A DNA stretch of 63,888 bases, the filler included, from Asterionella formosa (lineage: Eukaryota), in assembly GCA_002256025.1 (NCBI GenBank). It is 9 parts of 9 records of this genome, joined end to end, with 100 filler letters (N's around TTAATTAATTAA, not from the genome) between each part and the next. Parts side by side here need not be neighbours in the genome. Positions count along the whole stretch, not along the records: positions 28,925 to 36,042 come from NKIB01012524.1; positions 36,143 to 43,259 come from NKIB01012525.1; positions 43,360 to 50,472 come from NKIB01012526.1; 6 more parts are not named here. One strand, given 5' to 3'. Shown here piece after piece: positions 34,946 through 46,368 of the stretch. A model generated the notes under the pieces. That model had not been told where the DNA came from. It was given only the letters and a program-made list of their open reading frames with translations, and made no database searches. The translations under genes and the position numbers were made by a program. The number at the start of each line of letters is the position of its first letter. Within the stretch, counting starts at the first letter, position 1.

Positions 34946-36042
34946 CTTAAGGTCTTCTGTCGATTTGAGACCTTGACATTGTTGGCAGTATCGTTGCTAG
35001 CAATGGTCATATTGGCAATGGATCCGGTCAGGGATTGAATGACCAAATCAGACGAAACGCTTGCGTTGCCACAATCATAATTCTTCGATGCCTTTGGATT
35101 CATCGCATTATTCTTGTGAAATAGATGAAAAGTGCTTGGTGGTACATTGATTGGACGTGTCGCTTGGATTGATCACAGTTCATTCTCGATTGTTATGTGA
35201 TTGATGACTGCCTGGATGGTATGGGTCGTGTTTCTTGCACGGTTGCCATGGCTCGCTATGGCTCTGAGATGGTGGGGCGACCTTCTTCTGTCATGCTGAG
35301 AGATTCAGCTTGTTGATTTATGACTCCACAATTTACGATGACTTCGGGGCAGGAGGAACGGATTGGGACAATTATTTTGCGATTTTGATGGAAGATGGGA
35401 TTTATTTTCAATTATTATAGCTAGCTGCCCTACCTGGTGAAGTATCTAACTAGAAGTTGTAGTATTTGTTGAATATATGAGCTTATTTGTTAATTCTAGT
35501 GTGCAACTCGATCTCCTAGGTTGACACTAAAGTATTCAAGAAGGTGGAAGTCGAGTTCTCTCCTGATAGAGTTCTGATATATCTATGTAAACCTAACCTT
35601 AGAGGTATATCTGTAGTTGAGCAAGATCGCTCACTCTCCCACACCAAGGAAAACCTTGAACCAATGAAAAGGTTTGATATGACGAATATTAATGCATTCA
35701 GTAGAGGTATAGTTCGTGATATCATGAATGGGATACATAAATTCTGCTATGCAATTGGAATATCCCACCACATCACAGAAAAAAGTCGGTATCCAGACCG
35801 TAATTATCCTGTAAATAACAAATGATATCCAGGTAATGACTGACATGAGACATTTTTAATGTTTCGTCATGTATATATAATAATAGCATTGTTATTGTTG
35901 CACATGTGCAATCTATTCAGCATTCGGCTGTTTTTTGTTAGGCACATAGACCACTAGCTGACCAACAGGAGGGTTCATGACCACAAAAATTTCCTGGGCA
36001 GATTAATAAAAGGCGGCAGGTTTGGCCCTTGGCACACTACCC

Positions 36043-36142
36043 NNNNNNNNNNNNNNNNNNNNNNNNNNNNNNNNNNNNNNNNNNNNTTAATTAATTAANN
36101 NNNNNNNNNNNNNNNNNNNNNNNNNNNNNNNNNNNNNNNNNN
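36043..36142. other. Artificial contig linker
   Basis: N44-TTAATTAATTAA-N44. Confidence 0.98.
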
Positions 36143-37811
36143 GGCCGAGGATCATTAAAAAGTCTGACGACTCCGGTTCATGCCGAAAAATGGGTGCCGC
36201 GAACATGTTGGTAATCAATCCTGACTGTGTCACGCCTTCTTCAACTTCTCCAATAAAGGGACCGTGTATCTTAGGATGCAATATTTCCGTCACTCCTTCG
36301 GGCAGAATATCAATTGACAATTTGTCCGCTTGTTCATCCCGTTTCTTTTTGGGAGGCTTTCCAATCCAATCTTCTAAAATTGTCTTGACACTAGGTCCGA
36401 TCAATCGCGGCGGTCGCTCCGATTTTTCAGTTATATCTTTGGTAGAACCGTGATCAGCTCTTTTTCGTCGTGAGGGCCGATCTCCTCCGCCTGCGGACAC
36501 GGGGCAACGTACTTTGTCACCTCGATAATAATTGACAATTTTAGATGACATACCTTTGGTCAATTGTATGCAAGGGCGTTCCTCTGAATATTCAAACATT
36601 ACCAGCATTCCTTCCGTCGGATTTAAGTCTGCTTCTGTTCTAATCTTGGTTTGTGAGAGCGCTCCCGCATGCGATCCCATCATGGACTGATAGGAAGTTG
36701 CATTGGAAGAAGAATCAACCTTTTTCGTCGACGGTACGAAACGTATCTGCAATTGCCACGGGCGTTCTCGTCGCACAAAGTTCAATGGCAATTTCGGGCG
36801 ATGATATTGTCTCAATTCCACTCTATTCAATTCAGTTTTGACCAAAGTGTGGTTATAAACTAAATCCAATTGCTCAATATACTCTGCATCATAGCTCAGT
36901 GATCCACTACCAACGTGACGATTTGGGCGTCCAGTTCGTTCTGTTCCTCCAGGACCCATGAGAGACGACGTGATTGTTCGTCCCTTTCCTCCACCCAACT
37001 GCAAGGTTCCCATGGCTTGTGTGACGCGATTCGTCTTATCCTTGGCCATTTGCGCCCGCTTCCGTTGCCTTGCTTCAATGAAGGCTTCCATCTTATCTTT
37101 GTCAGCGTGGAGCGATCCCTTGCTGACCTCGGCGGTGGACGTAATCGGTGTGGACCATTCTCGTTCGTATCGACTATGATATGCTTCAGATTGTCCAAAG
37201 GAGGTGGGACGGGATACTGGCAAAACATGACGCGCAATAGATTGTCCAGCTATGCCGAGTTCCAAAATAAGTTGAATGCGCTGACTCATTTTGGCACCCA
37301 GTTCGATGTCGCCTTCCCAGTTGACATTAGAATTGTCAAATACTAGCGCGTCCAAGTATGGATTCCGGCGCTTTGCCAACAACTGTTTTGATGCGCTGCA
37401 CGAATAATCTATTCGTTCTTCCGTATCTTCCTTCTTTCCCTCCCAATCAATCATAAGCTCCCAGTTGGCCAATTGCACTTGATGTAGTGCCGGTGCGAGT
37501 GTCTTCCATTCTTGTTGCGGCTCAGACGGCATGCGCTTGACCATTTCCATGATATCATCATGGTTATTAGGCGGCAAGCCCTCTTCGACATGTTTGACAT
37601 ACGTGGGTGTTTTCGAAACCAGCTTGCGAATCAAATCGGCTTGTTCATCATGTTCGTCTTCATGGTGGTAGACCGGCTCATCCAGGGCCTTGGAGGTATC
37701 GTTCCATGTGAACGCTTCCTTCGGCTCTAGAAAGGAAACTCGCGACGGCTTGTGGTTGCTGCAAAAGAGCGACGCCAGGTCCAATGGCGCGGACGATGAC
37801 GCTATCGCCAT
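36143..37811 (-). CDS. TAF1: TFIID subunit TAF1, N-terminal/DUF3591 part (3' partial)
   Basis: LRQYHRP, EYSEERP...GMSSKIVNYYR and GPFIGEV..G.TQSGLITNMFAAPIFRH...SDFLMI are TAF1 central-domain motifs. Confidence 0.85.
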
Positions 37812-37989
37812 GGCTAGAGGGAACGGAGTAATACAAGAACGAAGGAGCCAAGAGAGTGAAAGCAGCTCAATGATGGCGCATGCAAGGATGTGATCATGCC
37901 TAATTTTTGTTTTAGCTCTGGGGACGAATGCCTAAGGCAATACAAGCCCGAGGTTGCTTGCCTCATGCATGCGAGAACACGAACTACCG

Positions 37990-38940
37990 CTATACGAGAA
38001 GGCATGTAGCCGCCGAGAAGGGTACATACGGTTGAGGCAATTTTACAACATAGCTATGGTAGCACAATTCGTTTACCTACTGCCCACTCATTGCTCATAA
38101 ATGTCATATATCTACATTCCTATTGCCCATCATAAAAATTTATTTTGAATATTTCCTATATTGACATCCAAATTTGCAATGGGTCCTGTAATGCCCATCA
38201 TTGAAATATTTGTTGTGAATTCCTTATGTATATTTGCCGATTTTTGCCCATCATGACAATTTATCTTGTTTATTTGCTTCATTTGTTACCATTTACACCA
38301 ATTGCCCCTCGGTTTTTCAATTGCCGATGCCTTTCGGCAGGGGTATTCATAATAAGGAAACCATTTTATATACTCTAGAGATAAAATTATCATATCTTAT
38401 ACCGGTATAACAAGGGGATTCATTTTGTCGCAGCGCGCGTGCATACATATTTCTTCGGACAAACAATAATGATAACGGTATACCCGCACGTGCTACAAGC
38501 TAAGCAGGGAAACAGTGGACACTTCCCGGGGAGCTCGAAGAAAAGGCTACGGCAGGTTACCTGTCCGGTACGCCAACGGAGGTGGTACAGACTCCGCAGA
38601 TGGTGGGAACACATCCATCTCGCAGAGCAGTGATATTATAGCAAAGCCAAGGTATGTGCAGCACAATTCTTCGTTTTTCTGAAGAGCGGTTTGGACTGGT
38701 GTTGTTGATTGTTGATCCTTGTCCGGAGCCATTGTCGGAACAGCACTTGATCAGGCTGGTTGCTGACAGTTAGCAAGTACTAAGAACAACAATGCATGAC
38801 TGTGGTTTCCGTGAACAAACTTTAATGCTTACTTTGAAAATGTTAAAATATTATGCTGTAGACTTGGTATTATCTTCACAAGACCAGTAAGTTAAATTAA
38901 ATTGTTTCACATTTATCATTCATTGATTTTAGATACACGC
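37990..38940 (+). repeat. Diverged duplicated non-coding segment, copy 1 (copy 2 at about 41003-41840)
   Basis: Shared colinear blocks TACGAGAAGGCATGTAGCCGCCGAGAA, ATATTTCCTATATT, TAAGGAAACCATTTTATA and TATGCTGTAGACTTGGTAT. Confidence 0.75.
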
Positions 38941-40082
38941 CATTTTGTCCTCAAAATTATAATTCTCACTCTATCCTGCCTCTCATGGCTCAATCTGGAC
39001 TTCCATCAATAACCTTTCGACTTTCAATTGATCCCATCATCTGCTTGTTATGCTACTTAGCAGATCGGTGAATGTTATATTGTCCAATTTTCAATTTGAT
39101 TACTTCTACTCTCTGTTTTGATTGCTTACTTTTTTCGTTCTATACTTTTGCATCAGATCCATTGTAGCTATGTCAGTATGTATCATTGCCTACTCTTTGA
39201 AGATATAATGTTGCTGTACTTATTTGTTGATTTGTAGATCGTGGACAATTATGTCAATATTGGCACCAAGCAATGCTTTTCTTGTACTAGCTTGTTCATT
39301 TGATATCTTTCTCCTCAGAGTTCTTATTGCAAACTACATTTTAATATTCAACAATAATGGCTAAATAAAGAGTAGGAGTCGATGGAGGAGCAGCATGGCG
39401 ATCATGCACAGAATGGAACAATCAGGGTTGTTTGGATTGGGGCAGAAGGATGGCCACTGCTACTTGTATTCTACTATCAGGCTACAGCTATAGATGTACA
39501 TAGTTCCAACGACCAGATCAGCTACTCCTTAGTGTGATACAGATCTCAATTGGGTTCAGGGATTTTATTATATCATTTTTCGATTGTACGATGGAAAGTC
39601 AATGCAGTCCATTTTCGAAGGTATATTACAATGCATATTTCTCCTCGGAAACTGATTTTTTACTTCAATTTGCTGCTTATTACATTGCATACCTGCAAGT
39701 TGCGGTGAATTCGCAGAAATGACGATTTGGACATCATGGATATTCATGCTTGCCAATCCAATACATAAAAAATGTGCTGGCTAGCTCAAAAAACGGATTT
39801 TAGCTTTAATTCGTGGTAGCTATGATTGCTTTGAATACTTTTCTCCTGGAACTCGATTTGGCTGGAACTTTTTTAGGATAAAACATATTTCCCCAATCAA
39901 AATATGATTGTTCTTTTTGCCAGAGAAAAAGATTTTATTGTGCTCACAGGCACACCAACAGCTAATGACTGTATATAAGCGACTACAATACATACATGTT
40001 GCGAGAATATATATATATATATACCGGTATGATCTAGAATACACATGTTCAAATTTTTAACTTCTCTGACATTAGGGCTTTA

Positions 40083-40258
40083 AGACTACTAATTTTCTAG
40101 AAGGGTGGACCACGTAGCGCTTCCTGGCAACTGGAACCTACCTCCTTTGTTCATTTGCCACACCCCTGAAACCCTAGGGACCACATGAAAAAGAAAGACA
40201 GGTGGAGAATGCAGTAATCGAACCTGCCATCTCAGTAGGCATGCTAACCAACTAATGG
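40083..40258 (-). repeat. tRNA-Ala-derived (SINE-like) repeat / tRNA pseudogene, copy 2
   Basis: Minus strand TTAGCATGC...GAGATGGCAGGTTCGATTACTGCATTCTCCA resembles the anticodon-to-acceptor half of tRNA-Ala(AGC). It is followed by a T-run and the block shared with 9330-9376. Confidence 0.55.
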
Positions 40259-41002
40259 TAAGCAATCTAGCTTGTATAAATACCGGTATGCATGATAGAA
40301 CTTACCTGTTATGTATGTTCATATGTAACAGTACCACAGCCATTTGCACTCGCATTTCATGACGTGTACGAAATGCATGTAAACCTGGGGATTTCTAGAA
40401 AATGGAACCTTGTTGAAACTCAGAGTTGAGATTACTAGGGAAGAAAACCCCAATCAAAAACCACCTAATCCAAAAACCCCAACAATTTTAGCAAGGTTGT
40501 TCCGGAAACTGGATTTTCAGAAAATCATTCTTTAAACTTGATTTTGATAAATTTAATTTCATTGGGACAGTGTAAGAACTGTTATATTCTTCTATGAGGA
40601 TGTAATTTTAATTTGAGTGTCTGTCCAGTGCCAGCCACATTGTCAGTTTCAGGACAAAGTGACTGCAAGAACGTGCTGGTATCTGCCCTAGTTATCAGCA
40701 CTGCAGCCGTAGCATCACAACCATACATCAGCAATCTTGAAAGATGCAATCCAGGTAGAGCCATATGTAGGAATGTTTGTTGGGCTTGTGATGTCAGAGA
40801 GGAATGTAGGTATCAAGGGGAAGTTTAATAGCAATGAGATTCTGCATTCTATACTTTTTTGAAATCTATTTGGCGTCTGCGGCGCTTGCTGACGGCCAAA
40901 CACGCCCGAGGTGGTCTCGTGCCTCTGAGTATAGATGTGTTCGAGGCTTGGTGGCGCGAGAAGGTCACCCTACAAGTGCCATCCCAGCCGAGTACACATG
41001 TT

Positions 41003-41840
41003 TACGAGAAGGCATGTAGCCGCCGAGAAAGGAAATTGTTGAGGCAATTCAAAAACTAGCTATCGTTGCACCATTCGCTTACCTACTACTTCCCACAAGT
41101 AAAGCATAAATGTCATTTTTAGGTTGCTATGATTGCCATCATATAAAATATATTTTGTATATTTCCTATATTCTCGTCAAATCTTGCGAAAGGTCTGATA
41201 TTGTCCATCATTAAAATACATATTGGTTATTTCAAATGTTAGCATTTCATCGTGAAAATTTATGCCAATTGCCACTCGGTTTTCTAGCCTTGGGATTGCT
41301 GAAATCGGCAAGAGGTCTACTTAGTAAGGAAACCATTTTATACACTCTACAGATTTTGATTAAAATATATCTAGTATTCATCTCGATTTTGTTCATTGCC
41401 TGAAAACTGACTCCGGTAATTCACCTTTTCCCATGCCGATCATCGTCAATCATGCCCAGTCTGAAGCGAAATCACTTCATTGATGAGCGATGCCAATGGC
41501 GGTTTCTTGTCAAACGGATGCGGTTGGTTGTTGGATTGCTTGTCTTCTCATGGGATTCATGTAATCGCATCATCCATATTTCGCTGGACGAACGATGATA
41601 TCGGTGCATTTATCTGATGTTGGTGGCAAGTTTTTGCTCCAGTCATTTATGTGATTAACGGATATTCTGGTCATATAGCCTACATACGTACGTGGTAGTA
41701 CTCAAAACAACCATGCATGGTTTAAGCTAAACTTTAACGCTTACTTTGAACACTTCGTTACAATATATATGCTGTAGACTTGGTATCCTTACGAGACTAG
41801 TATGTTAAATTATTTGCTTCACATATTCATTGATTTTACG
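41003..41840 (+). repeat. Diverged duplicated non-coding segment, copy 2
   Basis: Colinear with 37990-38940; the middle section differs. Confidence 0.75.
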
Positions 41841-42998
41841 TATGCCTGATTATGTTACAATTATTCTCATATGTTTCACGCTTGTTTTACCATTTTTATG
41901 TACATTACCATTATTCTGGCTATCATGCTAAAATCGGCAATTTTGATGCCGGAAAATTTGATGTGCCACATATTGCCCCCAAGTAAAAATTACTTAGAAG
42001 TACCCGTGCCAAGACGATACTGGAAATGAGGTCCTTACCATATCTGAATATAGATCATACCCCTAAGTCAAGGAATGACTGTATCTAACCATATGCAAAG
42101 TGGTCGTATTGGTGAAAGCTAATTTTAGCTTTAACTATTTTATTTCGTTGCAAGTACTGTGTAGATTAAAGTACACAATAAAATTATTTTGGAAAAAAAC
42201 AGACCTCGCGATGTGTAACTGCGGGGCCGCAACCTTAATAAAAATTACTTCGAGATACCAAAAATTACTTAGACACCCACAGTTCTCATCGAAAAGCAAG
42301 AGGATAGCTAGGGTGGGTATTTCTTAATTATTTGCTGCTGTGGGGTCATGTCAGCCATGTACCCGGTACTTACCTGTTGAAAAGGTCTGTACTCGTTCCC
42401 ACAGGCTGGGTCTCTTCACGTAGGCTCTTTTGTGCTACTATTGGCTGGTACTACCTAGTACCACTTACTTTCTCTCTGCTCTGCTTCTAGCCTTCCTGCT
42501 AGATAAACTGATTGACATTCCTGTCAATTTTTAACACACTGCTTCCTCAATCGATAATCTAAAATTAAATTAAATTATAAGCTAAACTAAATGTTTCCTT
42601 TCCATGCATCTTTGTTTCCCACAAAGTTGTTCTAAGACTCTCCTCGAATTTCCACTTAACATTTCCATAGAAATCTTCAATCTTTATCTCGTTTGATAGC
42701 TGATTGATGTGGCAATGCAAGATTCGACTCGTTGGATTACAATCGAGTCCACAATCCTCGTGACTCGAGCTAATAGTCTTGACATCCGGAACCAGGGTAC
42801 CAGGTACCAGGTGCCAGGTTTTACTCCCTGCGGAGTAACATACCTGGTAGTGGTTCGTCTTGGCTGCTTTTCTTCTGCCTCCTCGCTCGCACATATCAAG
42901 AGATAGCATACCGGCAATCATATGAAGTCGCATACCGGTACATGCATCACACAGCGTTGTTGTCAGCGTTCTTGCCTTTGACGCCATCAATCGTAACA

Positions 42999-43259
42999 AT
43001 GTCGTTGTCATCGCTAGATCGAGAAACGTCCTGCATCATCTGCTTTGAACCCTTCGGGGCTGACCAGAAAGTTTGTGCGACAGTCCCATGTGGACACGTG
43101 TTTCATTCTCTCTGTTTTGCAGGGTGGGAGCGATCTCGGCGAGGACGAGCCGACTGCAAGTGTCCCATGTGCAATACACCCACAACAGCGTCCATTCGAT
43201 TGTTCGTTAATCTTGCGAAGGAACATGCAAACGATGACGACAGCTTGAGTTCTAGCAGC
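42999..43259 (+). CDS. RING-H2 finger protein (TRAIP-like N-terminus), 3' partial
   Basis: CIIC...CGHVFHSLC...CPMC followed by IRLF; open to the contig edge. Confidence 0.85.
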
Positions 43260-43359
43260 NNNNNNNNNNNNNNNNNNNNNNNNNNNNNNNNNNNNNNNNN
43301 NNNTTAATTAATTAANNNNNNNNNNNNNNNNNNNNNNNNNNNNNNNNNNNNNNNNNNNN
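43260..43359. other. Artificial contig linker
   Basis: N44-TTAATTAATTAA-N44. Confidence 0.98.
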
Positions 43360-43645
43360 TACTGCAGCGAACATGCTTGTACTGTACTGTACCCACCGCG
43401 TAGACCATTCCCGGTGTCGTACCAGGTACTGTATGTAGTACTGGTACCCTGATCTGGTAAACGTTACTGTACCTGGTACCTGGTTGGTACAATACCATGT
43501 TAACAGGACCAGGTGTTTTTTTTCATTTTCTTTTTTTATGATGGAATCTTTTAAAATAAAAAGAATACCATCGGTGTTTTTTTACCCCTGGGCACTCCTT
43601 GCTGATGATATATTATTATAGTTCACCTTCATTTGAAATGGCACC

Positions 43646-45331
43646 ATGATGGGGACACCATTTCGGCGTTGCTACTGGCGAGCAGCTTTCGGTACTCCAT
43701 CTACGCATACAGTCTCCAGCTATGGTGCTCGTCCTTCTGCCAATAGTCAGTTCCAATGGTCCATTCGGCGGTTCAAGGGCACAACGACAAAAGCGCTGTC
43801 GCGACGGAACTTGGCAACTCTCGAAGATTACTTGTTCCAACATCTTGGATTGGGAATCAAGGATCCAGTATTGAATTCTGACCTACGTTCACTGGATTGG
43901 ATCCAGCGACGAATCAAGCAAACTGACAATGGTGATATTGTAGTGACTCTTTCCCTTCCTTCTCTGTTGCATCCTGCCATCCACGAACTGAAAGAGCAGA
44001 CAAAACTAGCCGCCGACAGATACGTTCAACAATTTTACACCATGCAAGGCTGGGAACATATTCCAGAAATACATTTAGTCGCTACTGCAGCCAAGCCATT
44101 TCCCTCCACGATCCGACGAGCTGAAGATCATCAAGATTACATTCAAAAACTTGGCCCTGGCCTTGCTCACATTTCCCACTTCCTTGCCGTATACTCCTGC
44201 AAGGGCGGCGTCGGAAAGTCCACCGTTGCCGTCAACATAGCATATGAGCTTGCAAGAATGGGAGGACGTATCGGATTGCTAGACGTGGATATTTATGGAC
44301 CATCCTTGCCGGTTTTAATTCATCCCGACGACCCGGCCGTTCGACAATCTCCCATTGGCCGGGGCATGATTTATCCGATCCAGCACCGAGGAGTCAAACT
44401 CATGTCATTGGGGTACGTTTCTCCTACTTCTGGGGTACCTGGAGCTGGTGGTGGAGCTGCCGTAATGCGAGGACCCATGGCTGGAAAAGTCGTGTCACAA
44501 TTGTTGAAAGGGACGGACTGGGGAGAGTTGGATGTGTTGGTTTTAGACTTGCCGCCTGGAACAGGCGACGTTCCATTGGCGATATGTCAGGATTTGCCAC
44601 TTTCCGGTGCAATTGCTGTTACGACGCCTTCCAAGTTAGCTCTCAGTGATGCACGCAAGGGAATAGAGATGTTTGCCTCACTGGGAGTTCCGACTGTAGC
44701 AGCAGTCGAAAATATGGCTTACTTTGTATGCGAAGGAGGCGGAAGGCATTATCCATTTGGCAAGGGCTCTGACGAAGAAGGGCTACTAAAAGATTACACT
44801 GCTAATGTCTTTCAACTTCCTATATCTACGGCCACTAACGAGGCCAACGATAGTGGATCTCCATTATGTGTTGAACGGCCAGTCAAAGCGAGCGACGAAC
44901 TTGCTGTCTTTTCCTTGCTCTCCCGTGCTATTTCCAAAGAACTCATGTTGGTACAGCACAATCGTCCCGTAGGTGACATGGTGGATGCTACACCCCACCG
45001 TGTCACGTTTCAAGCTCATTGTCATGTCCTCTTTGACGTTGCCAGTACATATTTGGCCGTGGACAAAGATCAACAGGGATTTGTTGCTCGATTTTTTTCA
45101 GAAGACGGAGCCATTGAATTGTCAATTGCAGCGAGCGTGTTAAGATCAATAGATCCTCGGACTGGGGAGGTTCTTGCTGAATCTGGCATGGTGCAACAGT
45201 ACAAGGCACTACTCCCCGCCACTGTTGAACGCAAGGGCCGGTATGGTTATGCAATCCAGTACGCTGATAAAGCGACTATTATCTACTCTATGATTGCCAT
45301 TGCAAAGGCTGCTGGAGGTGTTCCAGGGTAA
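43646..45331 (+). CDS. HCF101: HCF101-like Mrp/NBP35 Fe-S scaffold ATPase, probably the mitochondrial paralogue
   Basis: DUF59-like IKDPVLNSD, P-loop SCKGGVGKST, DVDIYGPS, MRGPM, DLPPGTGD, VTTP and VENM; C-terminal DUF971-like LRSIDP...KGRYGYAI. N-terminus is Arg/Ser-rich and lacks acidic residues. Confidence 0.88.
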   Translation: MMGTPFRRCYWRAAFGTPSTHTVSSYGARPSANSQFQWSIRRFKGTTTKALSRRNLATLEDYLFQHLGLGIKDPVLNSDLRSLDWIQRRIKQTDNGDIVVTLSLPSLLHPAIHELKEQTKLAADRYVQQFYTMQGWEHIPEIHLVATAAKPFPSTIRRAEDHQDYIQKLGPGLAHISHFLAVYSCKGGVGKSTVAVNIAYELARMGGRIGLLDVDIYGPSLPVLIHPDDPAVRQSPIGRGMIYPIQHRGVKLMSLGYVSPTSGVPGAGGGAAVMRGPMAGKVVSQLLKGTDWGELDVLVLDLPPGTGDVPLAICQDLPLSGAIAVTTPSKLALSDARKGIEMFASLGVPTVAAVENMAYFVCEGGGRHYPFGKGSDEEGLLKDYTANVFQLPISTATNEANDSGSPLCVERPVKASDELAVFSLLSRAISKELMLVQHNRPVGDMVDATPHRVTFQAHCHVLFDVASTYLAVDKDQQGFVARFFSEDGAIELSIAASVLRSIDPRTGEVLAESGMVQQYKALLPATVERKGRYGYAIQYADKATIIYSMIAIAKAAGGVPG

Positions 45332-46368
45332 TAACTGTTATGTTGTAGTGACCTTGACACACGTAATAATAAACTAATTATCAGGTGAACCAGAAGTGAG
45401 TTTTGTAAGAATTTTTTTTAAAGTATTTGGGTACATATATAAATCTAGGCAAGATAAAAATAGACCAAAGGTGTTATTCTGAGGCCACCAGTTCTTAGTT
45501 CTCCATCTATGCATGCCAATATATACTGCTGCTGACCAATACTCACTCCACCACATCTGATTTGGACACAAACTCTCTTGCCAGCTCCACTCCTTGCCCG
45601 CTGATTCCTACGTCTTCATCCCCCTTCTCTAGCACTGAATTAACAAACAAAACTGAAAAACTAAACCTGAAACGACTTTGAAAAATGATATTCAATAATC
45701 ATGCATTGCAATCTTTAAGTGCACTACCCTTCTGACTCTCTCCTCCCCTTCCCGATACTCCATCCCCATCCCCACTATACTCTTGGACACTTCATGACCC
45801 ACAAGGCAAGAGCAAGAAACGATTGTCCTTCACAAATGGAGCACAAGACGAATCAGCAATATCAGAATCAAAGCGAAGCTCTGCTGGCACCACAAGCATC
45901 ATCTATGATCCTGACTCCATCAGTTGCATCCCCATTTCCACCACACCTCAGAACATTCCATCCAACTCCTCCTTCACTACTATTTGGATTTTATTAGTTT
46001 CTATCTTCTAAAAACACCACCTTCAACTCCAGTCAACACTTTTCTGACAAAATTTTTGGTTTCAGTCAGGGCCATTCTTTCTATTATGCTTTCATGACTG
46101 GTTTGCTACTATTCTCCCAGTCTCAGGAAAGACCAACAAATCAGCATCCAGAGATTCTCCTTGTATGTATTAAAACCAATATATTGAGAGTCATCCTTAT
46201 GAGGCAAAACAATGACATTAGAAACTTTCAAATCTCAAGAAATATTGACTTCACTCAAGCAAGTTTATATTAAGACTTGCTAGTGGTACCAGGGTGTACC
46301 TGGTATAATGAGTTTCGCACTTGCCTTAACATTGTTACCATGCGATCAAACTAAAATAATTTGATTGG

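Noticed and set aside
40201..40258. Functional tRNA-Ala gene
   Set aside because: The 5' acceptor strand and D-arm are not recognisable and the T-stem is mispaired.
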